The notes below the pieces were generated by a model, which saw only the letters and a program-made list of their open reading frames with translations, was not told the DNA's origin and did not search any database. A stretch of DNA of 64,000 nt from a virus. A program made the position numbers and the translations under genes. Shown here piece by piece: positions 29,404 through 39,474 of the stretch. Location of the stretch: positions 22,168 through 86,167 of IMG/VR virus record IMGVR_UViG_3300033145_001047; one strand, 5' to 3'. How positions within the stretch are numbered: position 1 is the first letter of the stretch; every line of letters begins with the position of its first letter.

Positions 29404-30379
29404 CTTTCTCTTCCCCCGCTTTTTCGTTCAGCCTATCCGTCAGCACCTTGTTCAGATTTATCACAAGGTCGTCGAGCTTTTCCTGTTTCTCGTACGCCCT
29501 GAACATGGCCAGCCGTTTCCCGAGCGGCGTCCCGAGCATGGAGAACAGCGCGTCGATGTCCTCCGGTATCGGGTTCTCTTTCTCCACGACCACCGCGACC
29601 CGCTCCTCCAGCTTGGCCATAATCGAGCGGAAGTGTCGCCGCTGTATATCGTCCGCCGTCGAGTAGTCGTACAGCTCGTTCGCCACCTTCGCCAGGCCGC
29701 TCTGTCCTATCTCGGCCTCCTGTGCCAGGACATCCAACCGACGCCGCTGTCCTTCTGATATCAGCCCCTCCGGGTCCTCCGAATCCTCGCGCCGTTTCAC
29801 CGCGCCGGAGTATACGTCCAGGGCGATACCGAACTCCGAGGCGCACTTCTTCACGGAGTCCGAGACCGCGCCCTTGCAGTCGTTGCCGAAGTCCAGCAGG
29901 TCGCCCGGTTCCTTCGCAGTGTCGCGCTTGTACTTGAGGTCGCAGCTCCCGAACTGTTCCTTCGAGACCTCGCGCCCGTCCGCCGTCAACATCCTGAGAC
30001 GGAGCCGGACCACGAACTGATTTATCCGGAGAGCCTCCTCGATGGTCGTGCTCCACAGGACCTCCGAGGACCACGTGTGTCCGGTCAGTATGTTCAACTG
30101 CTCGATCACGTACCCGATGTCCACGTAGTCCCATATCTTCCCGCCCTTGCCCTTCCGTTTTTTGATCTTGTACTTCGGCGTCTCGTTGAGCAGCAGGTTC
30201 CGCTGTGCTTCGCCGAAGAGCTGCGGGACCTTCTCCTGAATCTGCTCTATCAGTTTGTCCCGCTTTGCGAGTTGTTCCTCGATCTCGGCCCCGGTCGCCT
30301 CGGGCTTCGGTTTCTCGACCTGGGGTTCCTTCTTCTCGGTCGCCTCGGGCTTCTTCTTCGCCGTCTTCTTCGCCACCAT
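29378..30379 (-). CDS. Rad52/Rad22-like single-strand annealing protein
   Basis: RKGKGGKIWDYVD..YVIEQLN...W, KEQFG, KGAVSDSVKKCA..FGIALDVY. Confidence 0.85.
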   Translation of the reverse strand: MVAKKTAKKKPEATEKKEPQVEKPKPEATGAEIEEQLAKRDKLIEQIQEKVPQLFGEAQRNLLLNETPKYKIKKRKGKGGKIWDYVDIGYVIEQLNILTGHTWSSEVLWSTTIEEALRINQFVVRLRLRMLTADGREVSKEQFGSCDLKYKRDTAKEPGDLLDFGNDCKGAVSDSVKKCASEFGIALDVYSGAVKRREDSEDPEGLISEGQRRRLDVLAQEAEIGQSGLAKVANELYDYSTADDIQRRHFRSIMAKLEERVAVVVEKENPIPEDIDALFSMLGTPLGKRLAMFRAYEKQEKLDDLVINLNKVLTDRLNEKAGEEKGEEESGND

Positions 30380-30449
30380 GACCTCCCTTTCTAGAGTGTT
30401 CCTCTATCATTCCGCCCGGTATAGTCCAGGCTTTGCTTCTTCTATATAT

Positions 30450-30478
30450 AGTATACGGTTCGTTTTCGTTCCAGTCAA
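30450..30478 (-). promoter_or_regulatory. Sigma70-type promoter
   Basis: TTGACT-N17-TATACT upstream of the recombination operon. Confidence 0.75.
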
Positions 30479-30498
30479 GTCCTGTTTTCGTGGTATTT

Positions 30499-31122
30499 TC
30501 AGCGCCCCGCTGCGGCCACTAACGTGTTGAGCCCGCGTTTCTTACGGAGGAGCGTGACCGTCCTTGTCTTTACGCCGTATCTCCGCGCTTCCGCGTAATA
30601 CCTGAATCGAATGTCTATCTGGTAGCGTCCTCGTCTCCATGATCTCCGCATGGCCGCGCCAGTGTCGTCGACTTCTCTGATACCGATACCCGGTATGTCG
30701 ACCAAGGTCCCGTACGGTATCGCCCTCGGGTCGGTTGCACAGCCGTCCATCTTCCAGGCCGACTTTCCGATTGAGGTCTTCCCGTCCGCAAACTTCCCGC
30801 AGCTTCGATAGCCCGGTTCATAGGCTGTCAGCTTCGCGGTGACCTTCTTCCATATCTCGTACCCTTTGGGTACTCTAGACCGGGGCTTCGGCTTCGGAGG
30901 TTTCTTGTCCGGTATGACCAGCTCCAGGCCCGGCTTGATCCTGTTCGCGTTCCGTATCTTCTTACGGTTCGCCCGGTATATCCACGTCCACCTGTTCCCG
31001 TCGCCATACTTCGCCTTCGCTATCTTCCAAAGCGAATCCCCACCGTTCACGGTGTAGGTTTCCTCCGCGCCGAGCCCGGCACAGAATAGGAGCATCGACA
31101 ACGCGACCACCAGCTTCTTCAC
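30499..31122 (-). CDS. Secreted LysM + 3D-domain peptidoglycan-active protein
   Basis: Signal peptide (MKKLVVALSMLLFCAGLGA), LysM (YTVNGGDSLWKIA...IKPGLEL), and 3D domain (LTAY, ATDPRAIPYGT, VDDTG, IDI). Confidence 0.88.
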   Translation of the reverse strand: MKKLVVALSMLLFCAGLGAEETYTVNGGDSLWKIAKAKYGDGNRWTWIYRANRKKIRNANRIKPGLELVIPDKKPPKPKPRSRVPKGYEIWKKVTAKLTAYEPGYRSCGKFADGKTSIGKSAWKMDGCATDPRAIPYGTLVDIPGIGIREVDDTGAAMRRSWRRGRYQIDIRFRYYAEARRYGVKTRTVTLLRKKRGLNTLVAAAGR

Positions 31123-31479
31123 TTCGGGAGTCCCTCCTGTTTGTTCAACTTATCCGCCCGTCTCTGAGCCTTCGCCTCGGAGTCGTACATGTTCCTATTT
31201 TCGAGCCACGTCCCGGCGTAGTAGTCGACCCGCTGCTTCCCCCTGGTGAGCCGGACCTCTACCTCCGATATCTTCCTCGACCGCTTCACCCGGTACGCGC
31301 ACACCAGCTTCTTCCTGACCGCTCCCCCGCGTGTGCAGTTCGGACACGGCCAGGACTTTTTCTGCCCCTCGATCTTGACCTTCCGCGTGTTATCACAAAC
31401 GCTGCAGTCAATCGGCTCATGCTTCCTGGAACATACCACCAGCCACACCTTCTCTCTGAGTCCGTACTTCGTCTGTAGT

Positions 31480-31983
31480 CTAACGTCCACGCTTCCTCCT
31501 CTTCGATTTCTTCGTGGGCTTCGCCACCTTCTCCGCTACCAGCTTGTCCCACTCGTCACAGATTTTCTCCATAGCCTCTATGTCTCCCTCCCACCCCCCG
31601 ACCTTCTCCGTCTTCTTGTACAGTTTCATCCCCGCCGTGATGAACTTCTTCGGGCCGTCGAGGACCTCCTTCGGGTCGCAATCTGCGGGGGTACCCTGCA
31701 CCAGGGCGTCGGCCTTCGGGTAGTGTTCTTTGTACGTGTCCTTCGCAACGTCGATCACGTCGTCCTCCGTATCGAAGCACTCGCTCTCCTCTCCAGGACG
31801 ATGCGTCAACCCTATCCGACCCCAGTCTCGGTCCATTTTGTTCATCTGTGCCGCCGTCTTCCGTGTCAGGGTTTTCGTCATGCGTACGTATTTCTCGTCG
31901 TCACAGGAGAGCGTTCCGTAGACATGAACGGCTCCGACGCTTATGCCGCGCCATGTCGTGATGTTGAGATTCACAAGTACCAC
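31480..31983 (-). CDS. Hypothetical protein
   Basis: 167 aa coupled ORF. Confidence 0.65.
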   Translation of the reverse strand: MVLVNLNITTWRGISVGAVHVYGTLSCDDEKYVRMTKTLTRKTAAQMNKMDRDWGRIGLTHRPGEESECFDTEDDVIDVAKDTYKEHYPKADALVQGTPADCDPKEVLDGPKKFITAGMKLYKKTEKVGGWEGDIEAMEKICDEWDKLVAEKVAKPTKKSKRRKRGR

Positions 31984-31990
31984 GGTGACC

Positions 31991-32227
31991 TCAGAAGATT
32001 CCAGGGAACTCGACCTCGGCTCCCTCTACTTCTTCCAGGTTAGACATGACGTTCTCCAGCTCGTCGATTGCCGCGTTGAGTTCGTCGGCCTTCGTTGAAG
32101 CCTGGAGGTTCTCCGGCATGTTGTCGCGCCAGCTCTCCAGCTCTTCCTTCAACTCCTCGATCTCGCCCTTGCCTTCGCTGATTTTGTCTTGCGCTTCCTG
32201 GTAACGCTTCGCCCTCGACTTCGACAT
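31991..32227 (-). CDS. Small helical-hairpin protein
   Basis: Two amphipathic helices around WRDNMPENLQ. Confidence 0.7.
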   Translation of the reverse strand: MSKSRAKRYQEAQDKISEGKGEIEELKEELESWRDNMPENLQASTKADELNAAIDELENVMSNLEEVEGAEVEFPGIF

Positions 32228-32421
32228 CAGTCAAACCCCTCCTCGTAATCTATTACTTCTTCCCCGCACTCAGGGCAGTAAATGAATTTATCGTCTTCTT
32301 CTAGCTCGGCGTTGCTGTGCAGTTCGTTGCTCCATCCCTGCCACCCACACTCAGGACACTCAACCTCCGGGATATCATTCTCGTCCTCCACGTTCTGATT
32401 CACCTGTCCCTCCTCAGTCAA
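32227..32421 (-). CDS. Zinc-ribbon protein (paralog of 32868-33239)
   Basis: CPECGWQG...CPECGEEV. Confidence 0.7.
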   Translation of the reverse strand: MTEEGQVNQNVEDENDIPEVECPECGWQGWSNELHSNAELEEDDKFIYCPECGEEVIDYEEGFD

Positions 32422-32653
32422 GCCCCTCTTCCATTGCCAGCTCTATGAGTTTGTTCCACTGACACACCCACCACTTCCCGCTCTTCATCGACCGGACTAT
32501 CGGTATCTCGTTCGGCTGTCCCGTCGATATCTCGTACACGCTCCCGTCGTCAGCCTTCGCGTGGCCGACGACCTTCCTCTGTATCGGAGCGTTCGCGCCG
32601 ACGATCTCCCCGAACTTGTACTGAGCCTCGCCGGGGACTACTATCTTTCCCAT
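32414..32653 (-). CDS. Hypothetical protein (paralog of 35131-35403)
   Basis: PIVRSMKSGKWW...W..LI.LA. Confidence 0.7.
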   Translation of the reverse strand: MGKIVVPGEAQYKFGEIVGANAPIQRKVVGHAKADDGSVYEISTGQPNEIPIVRSMKSGKWWVCQWNKLIELAMEEGLD

Positions 32654-32709
32654 CGGTCCTCCTCTTTCATGATGTTACATTCCCGGCGTGTTGAGCCTTG
32701 ATCCACACC

Positions 32710-32868
32710 TCAGAAATCATATTGCCAGTTCTCCTCTCTGCCGCAACGCATACACTTATGCTGACCCCATCGTGACCGCCCTCCGGCATCTAAATTGTGC
32801 ACGTTGAAGAGTTCGATAAAGTCGTGCCCCCGCAAGAAGCAGAAAATACGGACAAGAAACTTTTTCAT
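32710..32868 (-). CDS. Small DUF1660-like zinc-binding protein (52 aa)
   Basis: Hand translation MKKFLVRIFCFLRGHDF...KCMRCG; below the ORF-track size cutoff. Confidence 0.6.
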   Translation of the reverse strand: MKKFLVRIFCFLRGHDFIELFNVHNLDAGGRSRWGQHKCMRCGREENWQYDF

Positions 32869-33239
32869 CACTCTTCTCCCTTCTCTCCCGGCGCTTCCAG
32901 TCCAACACGATATTCCGGATAATCGTCAAGCCATTTTACGTTAGTGTCCTCCTCGTAATCACCGACTTCTTCTCCACAGTCAGGGCAGAAGATGAACTCG
33001 ACATCGAATTTCAGGCCAGTTTTGCTATGTAATTCGTTGCTCGTTCCCTGCCAGCCGCAGCTCGGACACTTTACCTCCGGCCTCTTCGTCTCGTCCTCAG
33101 ATGTGTGCCGCTCCTTCTTCGGCTCCTCTTCTTGCTGCGGTTCCTGCTCGTCGTCCAGCGTCTTCGTGCCGGGCTCTTGACTCGTTTCTTCGTTCATCCT
33201 CTGCTCCTGTCCTATGTCCTGTTCCACCTTGCCGCTCAT
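32868..33239 (-). CDS. Zinc-ribbon protein
   Basis: CPSCGWQG...CPDCGEEV. Confidence 0.7.
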   Translation of the reverse strand: MSGKVEQDIGQEQRMNEETSQEPGTKTLDDEQEPQQEEEPKKERHTSEDETKRPEVKCPSCGWQGTSNELHSKTGLKFDVEFIFCPDCGEEVGDYEEDTNVKWLDDYPEYRVGLEAPGEKGEE

Positions 33240-33486
33240 ACTCCTGGACCAGCGCCGTCTTCGCGTCGGCGAATAGTCCCTTGTCCAGTATCCTCACCGC
33301 CGAGTAACGGGTGCCGGACTTGAGCGTGACCTCCGGCAGTCGCAGCTTGATACCCTCCTCCTCCTCCGTTCCCTTCAAGAGACGGACGCCGCATATCTTC
33401 ACCTTGCCGTGAAGGTCCACGTCCGCCAGCGCCAGCAGCCGTCCCTTGTCCGCGCCGTATATTACCATTCGGCTAATCGTCACCAT
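33097..33486 (-). CDS. SpoVG-like nucleic-acid-binding protein
   Basis: LLALADV.L...KI.GVRLLKG...LRLP...Y...I...LV.EY matches the SpoVG pattern. Confidence 0.65.
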   Translation of the reverse strand: MVTISRMVIYGADKGRLLALADVDLHGKVKICGVRLLKGTEEEEGIKLRLPEVTLKSGTRYSAVRILDKGLFADAKTALVQEYERQGGTGHRTGAEDERRNESRARHEDAGRRAGTAARRGAEEGAAHI

Positions 33487-33792
33487 CTTCTCGTAGCCTT
33501 TCCCGGCAGAAGATAACCCGCGCCCCCCGGTCCTGCAGTCGCTTGACCATGTCCCATCCTTCGATTTTCCCCTCCTCTTCGACGTTCTCGCTCGTCTTGT
33601 TCCACTCGGCCCACATAGGGTCCCCTGGCACGGTCTTCGAGGGGACGACCTCGTTCCCGCAGCCGGGACACTTGTGCAGGTCCGCGACCCATATCCGGTA
33701 GACGTCCTTGTCGTCGTGACACAGCTCGATCACATAGACGCCGACGGTCTCGGGCTTGTACTCGATCTCGCACTTCGGGCAGACGGAATATA

Positions 33793-34335
33793 TCATAACT
33801 CCGCCAGCTCCGCCTCGACGTCGATCTCACTCCCCGCGCCCTGCTTCTGGAGGGACTTGGTCTCCTCGTCCTCACACACCAGCTCGTACACCGGCTCCTG
33901 AGTGAAGCCCGTCTTGACGAACCGACACTTCGCGTCGGGCGTTGAGGGGAAGAAGAAGTTGACCCGGATGGTCCGCTTCTTGTCGTCGGCGGTTTTGAGA
34001 CAGTAGCTCCGGCGTCCGGCGATTCCGTAGTCCTCGGGCTCCCCTCCGTTCTGAGAGTAGCCGCGCTTCCCGAACCACCGGAGGACCGGCGCTATCTCAG
34101 CGACGTCCTTGATATCGCAGTGGAGGAGAATACCGTGGAGTGTTCCGACCTCGTAGCCGACGCTCCCGCGCACCTTGCCGAGACATCCGCCCTCGTGTCC
34201 GGACACCAGGTCCATGAGTTCGGGGATTGCCTCCCGAACGACGACGGCCTCGGGTTCCATCTCCTCGACCGTCTTCCGCTTCTTGTCGATCTCCGCTAAC
34301 GTATCCCGGAAAAAATCCTTCTTCTCTTCCGTCAT
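33793..34335 (-). CDS. Hypothetical protein
   Basis: 180 aa with a strong RBS. Confidence 0.7.
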   Translation of the reverse strand: MTEEKKDFFRDTLAEIDKKRKTVEEMEPEAVVVREAIPELMDLVSGHEGGCLGKVRGSVGYEVGTLHGILLHCDIKDVAEIAPVLRWFGKRGYSQNGGEPEDYGIAGRRSYCLKTADDKKRTIRVNFFFPSTPDAKCRFVKTGFTQEPVYELVCEDEETKSLQKQGAGSEIDVEAELAEL

Positions 34336-34891
34336 TTCCTGACCTCCTGGGTCAATAGATTACCTGGAACGCTCCATGCTCGACGTCCCGGACCAGTTCC
34401 TCCAGCTCGTCCTTGTGTTCCTCGCACACGCGGAGGACGCTCTGATTATCTTGCGGCGGGTTCACCATCACCGTGTACCGTGCCTCCTCTTGACACTCCT
34501 CGGTCGTGATCTCACACCGCATCCTTCTCACCCCCTTCCCGTTTTCTCTCCGCCAGTTTCAACGCGACCAGCTTCATCACCACGTCCGCCGGTGAGATGT
34601 TCGCCTTCACGTTCGGAATGGTCCCGACCGCCTCGCTCTCGTCGGGCTCGTCTTTCCAGCGGACGTACATGCTGACGATGTTCTGAGCATCCACGTCCGC
34701 CGACAGCACCATCTCCCTCGACGCCTGGGCCGTGTCCTCGCTCACGTCGAAGAACAGCTTCCGGCGCTTGCCCTTCGGCCTGACGAACTGAATGACCTCG
34801 ACCTCGGTGGGGCCGGGCCGTCGCTTGAGATTGTCCACGTCGTACTTCTTGCCGTCTGGAGCCAGTGCCATGTCGTCCTCCTGTGCGAATT

Positions 34892-34920
34892 ATGGTATCC
34901 ACTTACTATTCCAGCGTCAA
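34892..34920 (-). promoter_or_regulatory. Sigma70-type promoter
   Basis: TTGACG-N17-TACCAT followed by an AGGAGG RBS and the ATG at 34871. Confidence 0.55.
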
Positions 34921-35130
34921 GTCTTTTCCTCCTCTTTTCGTTTTCCTTTGGCTGTGATCGCAGCCTCTATTGCCGTATGAGCTGCTCCAGGCCCAGTTCT
35001 TCGTTGTGGACCCTGGACCATTTTTTCCCGCACTCGCACCGCTTGAAGTCGGTCACCTTCGTCTGTCGGTCGTCTTCGACGAAGTCGTCCCGGACCTCTT
35101 GCTCCAGGTCTCTCCCACACTTCGGACACT

Positions 35131-35403
35131 TCATCCCGGCACCTTCCCCGGCTTGTCGATACCCGCGCCGACCGCCAGGTTAATGATGTCCGACCAGGCG
35201 AGAACGTACCACTTGCCCGTCTTCTCGCTCCGGACTATCGGACTCATGTCGTTCATGGCTGCAGTCATTTCGTACGACCCGCCGTTCGACCCCTCCGCTG
35301 TTCCGACCTGGTGCCGGAGTATCATCGTGTCCTTCGGGAGAATCTTCCCGACGATCTCGACCTTCTCAATCTCCGCTTTTTTCGCCACCTTTTTCTTCGC
35401 CAC
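35131..35403 (-). CDS. Hypothetical protein (paralog of 32414-32653)
   Basis: PIVRSEKTGKWY...W..II.LA. Confidence 0.7.
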   Translation of the reverse strand: MAKKKVAKKAEIEKVEIVGKILPKDTMILRHQVGTAEGSNGGSYEMTAAMNDMSPIVRSEKTGKWYVLAWSDIINLAVGAGIDKPGKVPG

Positions 35404-36323
35404 TGTCCTCCTCCTCTCCTGGTGCCCGGAGTCTCTCCAGTTCCTTCTCCTGGTCCGCGCACGTCCTCGTCAACTGCTCCATCCTCTCGGCAATCTGTTC
35501 CAGCTCGTACGCCGAGAAGTACCGCCCGTACTGATTCTTTTTTCGGTCGTATCTGAATCCGCACAGCCTCGATATCTTCTCCGCGTTCCGGAGCCTCGCG
35601 CTATTCTTCTCCGCCGACGCCACTGCTATCACCCCCTTCTAGTCTGAGCCTCAACTCAGAGCGTTGTTTCAGCAAGTTCCTTTTTCCCTAGACAGCCCTC
35701 GCAGAAGTAATGACTGTTTCCATAATCAGCCCCAGGGAATATCGTCCATCTCTTACAGCATTCGCAATAGTATTGCGGTTTTCCTGTTTCGATCAATTCA
35801 CCGCCGCATATATCACATTCGGTCTCGCCTTTTCTCCAGAAGCATTCTTCACCGCAATCCTCACAACGCTTTTCAATACGGTAATAAGTCTGTTTCATAT
35901 TCCCTTCGCTCCCTCGATCTCGTCCGCCGCTGCCGTCAGTGCTGCAGCTATCTCCCGCGCCTTCTTCGGCGACGCCGCCAGGGTGCACTTGCTCCCGGCC
36001 TTCTTGTTCTTCGCCCCGAGCGTGATCGTCCCACCTTCTCCGGGACCTATCGCCAGCTTGCCGTCGCCCGTCCGTATCATCAGCACGTCAGTCACCCCCT
36101 TCCTCGGGATTCGCCACTATCTCGCCGTCTGCATTCAGCACATGCAGCCATTTGATGCTCGCCCTCTGTCCGTTATCGTCACTATAGTGGTCAGCAAGAA
36201 TTGCCGCCTTTCCTGCAGCGGACGTCCCACAATCAGCCCATGCCGACTTGATACACTCGCCGTCCCGAATAACGGATACGTCCCATCCGTTTCCTTCATG
36301 CTTGACGTAAACGCCTATGTTCA

Positions 36324-37517
36324 TCACTTCCCCCCTTCTACCAGCTTCACTCGATTGACAAGCGTTTCTTTCCTTCCCTTGTACTCCTCGTGACTCTTGA
36401 CGGTCGCTTTCACCAGGTAGGTCTCGCCCTCGACCAGGTTCGGACCACTGGAGGCGAACCACTTCACCCGGTTCCCCTCGGAGTCCTGGAAGTTGTGCAG
36501 GGCGGTCGTCCCGTAATAACCCTCGATCATAGTCACGCTCTCCAGGGTCAGCGTGAAGTTCTCGCGCTTCTTCACTTCGCCGACGTAGTTCGACTCGCGC
36601 TCCTCGGCCTTCTCCCGAGCTGCCTCGGTCTCGCGCTTCCAGGCTGCAATGATCGAGCAGCCGAACCCGAACGCCTTCCAGGTCAGGTATCCGCCGTCGG
36701 CCAGGACCTTGATGTTCATAAGGTAGCTGCTCCCGTTCGGCTCCAGGCCCTTCGCCCACTCGATAGCAGCAGCAGCAGCCTCTCGGTCCTCGTCCGTCAC
36801 CTTCGGGCCGTCTTCCCAGGCCCCATGAGAATCGTTCAGGTGATTCAGCACACCGTCCGCCGTCGAGCAGCGCCCATCCTCTTCCCGCGCCTTCGTCCGA
36901 CTCAGCCAGCCGTACTCCCGGACGTGGGCGCTGGTCAGCGCCAGCACCGACTTCAACTTGTACTCGGCGTCACAGCCGCCGCTTCCGAAATAGTCCTTGA
37001 AGGTTTCCTCCAGGTCGGCCAGGTCGCCGTAGACCGCGAACCACCCGGCGCTCAGTGCGTGACCCAGGAAATCCTTCAAGCAGGTCGAGCCCACGTGCTT
37101 CCACTCGCCGCTCTCGTTCACCACCAGGTAGGTCTCGTTTCTCCGGCGCTTCGTTCCGCAATGGTCACAGGTCGTGCCGACCTTCCAGTATTTCTCCGGT
37201 ATCTCCGGCGCACCAGGGTGAGCGTAGAGTAGGTTCCCGGTCCCCGCGTGATCGACACGGGCCACGAACTCCCACCCGTTCAGCTTCGGCAGCTCTCCGT
37301 CCACCAGCACCTTGACCAGGGTGCCGTACAGCGGGGTGCGCTCAGGAGCGGACTCCAGAGTCACCGGCCCCTCACCGATAACGACCGTGTCCGTCTCATC
37401 GGTCACTTCGACCGCCAGCTTCGGGAGCCCGAACTTCTTCGCCCGGCGGTTCAGTCGCTCGACCTCGATCTCGAAGCCCTCAACCCTTCCCTTCGGCACC
37501 CAGTATTCAGTCTTCAT
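36324..37517 (-). CDS. Phage early protein with zinc finger and probable C-terminal OB fold
   Basis: CDHCG..RRR..TY...VGSTCLKDF; C-terminal YVGEVKKR...KWFAS...KATVK.H.EYKG.K.T.V.R. Confidence 0.7.
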   Translation of the reverse strand: MKTEYWVPKGRVEGFEIEVERLNRRAKKFGLPKLAVEVTDETDTVVIGEGPVTLESAPERTPLYGTLVKVLVDGELPKLNGWEFVARVDHAGTGNLLYAHPGAPEIPEKYWKVGTTCDHCGTKRRRNETYLVVNESGEWKHVGSTCLKDFLGHALSAGWFAVYGDLADLEETFKDYFGSGGCDAEYKLKSVLALTSAHVREYGWLSRTKAREEDGRCSTADGVLNHLNDSHGAWEDGPKVTDEDREAAAAAIEWAKGLEPNGSSYLMNIKVLADGGYLTWKAFGFGCSIIAAWKRETEAAREKAEERESNYVGEVKKRENFTLTLESVTMIEGYYGTTALHNFQDSEGNRVKWFASSGPNLVEGETYLVKATVKSHEEYKGRKETLVNRVKLVEGGK

Positions 37518-37714
37518 TTGACATCCCCGTGATAGACCGAGCACACAACCTCGGCTCCGTATCCTTCTCTGACATCGGCCTTCGCCGACTCCAGGTCACA
37601 GGCCACGACGTCGTGGGCCTTCCCGTTCTCGTCGACCAGGGTCCATTTGCTGTACTTCATGTCTCCCCCCGTCTTTCCCTTTCCTTCCCCGTTGTTTCGT
37701 TTCGTACTCATTAC

Positions 37715-37890
37715 ACTATAGTATACTATTGGTTTCCTTTTCGTCAAGGTTTCGTGGGAAAATAATCGGGTTTCGGGGTGGTCGTAAGTGTAGCAGTTAC
37801 AAGATGATAGCGGTAGCCTTCACTTATTTTCACATTTTTTCACGTCGTCGGGTTGCCATGTCATAAGTCCTTGCGTGACAAGGACCTCGA
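37715..37890 (-). promoter_or_regulatory. Early promoter cassette, copy 3
   Basis: TTGACG-N16-TATACT (37720-37747) plus conserved upstream boxes (see findings). Confidence 0.75.
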
Positions 37891-38183
37891 CGCCGGACTC
37901 CTCCTGGTCCTGGTCTGGCTCCTGGAGGTTCTCCTCCTCAATGTCGATCACAGCGTCCAGTCCGGTCATACGCTTGGCTCCAGCCGTTCCTCTATGACCC
38001 TCTCGTTCTGTCCGGGAGTCCACTTGTCTGGATATTCCTGGGACGTAAGCCGACATGCTCGACTTGTCGGCACCACATCATAGAATGCTCTCGCCTCCCG
38101 GAGCAGCTCGAACCTTTCGCAGTCGTGAAGGTGCGTTCGGTTCGGGCCGTGCTGCACGAAGTACAGCTTCGTGGGTCTCGTGC

Positions 38184-39029
38184 TCATAGCCACCTTCCCC
38201 ACCGACGCTCCCAGGCCGAGCTGCCGATGTTGTGGAAGAACTCCTCGACGTCCTCGCCGTTGTGTCCACGGCGTCCGCGACGGTACGCCCGGAAGGGTGC
38301 TATCCCTTCCACCCAGTCGGAGGGGAGCTTGTCGATGTTCCGGAGGGTCCCCTCTATCTGTGTGAGCATCGTCTCCTCGGCCCAGGCCATGACCCGGCCC
38401 CGGCGCTTCCGGACGCCCCAGGCCAGCCGCCTCAGCGGGAAGACCTCGGTCGTCCAGGTTATCTCCCCGGTTCCGTACCAGATATCGAGGTACACGAAGT
38501 CGTACTTCACGCCGCACCGCTTCACGTACCAGTGGACGTCTCCGCCGACTATGTTCATCTTCGGCGTGGCCACGTGCTCCCACACCAGGTCGATTATCTT
38601 CGGCTCGATCTCGACGACCGTCACGCTGGTGACGCTCGGCTTGTCGGCTATCATCCGCGCCACGTATCCCAGGCCGAGCCCGGCGACCAGGACGTCGCCC
38701 TTCGCCGCCGCTATCGCGTCGCGCATCATGAACCGCTCCTGGAAGCTGTCGCTCATGAGGAGACCGTGTCCGCGCTCGACGAGGAACTGAATCACCAGCT
38801 CGTGAGGGAGCCGGACCCGCAGCGGGTGGTATCCCATCATAATCGCGTTCCGCATATTCACGACCTCGACCGGCGTGTCCGGCTTCACGCGCTCGTGCTT
38901 GATACTGAACTTCCCGCGCTTGCCCTTCGGTATCCGGACGTCCCACCACAACGAGTTGACCAGCTCCTCGGGGTCGAGCCGCTTCTCCATCGGCTTACTC
39001 TTCGTACTCATGCCCGTCAAGTCCATCAT
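38184..39029 (-). CDS. Spermidine-synthase-like class I SAM-dependent methyltransferase
   Basis: LLMSDSFQE, GDVLVAGLGLGY, VTVVEIEPKII, GDV and YDFVYLDIW. Confidence 0.85.
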   Translation of the reverse strand: MMDLTGMSTKSKPMEKRLDPEELVNSLWWDVRIPKGKRGKFSIKHERVKPDTPVEVVNMRNAIMMGYHPLRVRLPHELVIQFLVERGHGLLMSDSFQERFMMRDAIAAAKGDVLVAGLGLGYVARMIADKPSVTSVTVVEIEPKIIDLVWEHVATPKMNIVGGDVHWYVKRCGVKYDFVYLDIWYGTGEITWTTEVFPLRRLAWGVRKRRGRVMAWAEETMLTQIEGTLRNIDKLPSDWVEGIAPFRAYRRGRRGHNGEDVEEFFHNIGSSAWERRWGRWL

Positions 39030-39474
39030 CAGCAGCCTCCTCCCGCACCTTCTTCCGGCGCTCCTCGTGCATCTTGAGCCAGGCGTTGACGATCTTCCAG
39101 CTACCCTGACACCTGACCGGCACGTCGTTGTACACATAATTGACGATCTCGAACATGTGGGTCCTGTTCTCGATGTCCGCCCGACCGAAGGCTTCTTTGA
39201 GGTCGTTCGACAGCACGGCCCGGAGGAAGCCGCCCGTCGGTATCCCGTCCTTAACGTATGCGTCTAGTCCAGCCTTCGCGTGGGGTGGTATCTCGCCCGG
39301 TCGGTCGATCTCCATAAGCATCACGCCCACCCGCCTCGCGTATTCCATGAGCCTCTTGGCCATTCCCGGTTCACCAGCCTCCTCCAGGTGTCGAGCTATC
39401 TGCCGAAGACCGTACGGCTTGCCAGGGTTCTCGTTTATCATCTCCACCAGCAGCTCTATGTGTTCGTACTTCAT
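38995..39474 (-). CDS. Hypothetical protein
   Basis: C-terminal GIPTGGFLRAVLSNDL..AF.RAD..N...P..C.GS motif seen in small phage proteins. Confidence 0.65.
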   Translation of the reverse strand: MKYEHIELLVEMINENPGKPYGLRQIARHLEEAGEPGMAKRLMEYARRVGVMLMEIDRPGEIPPHAKAGLDAYVKDGIPTGGFLRAVLSNDLKEAFGRADIENRTHMFEIVNYVYNDVPVRCQGSWKIVNAWLKMHEERRKKVREEAADDGLDGHEYEE

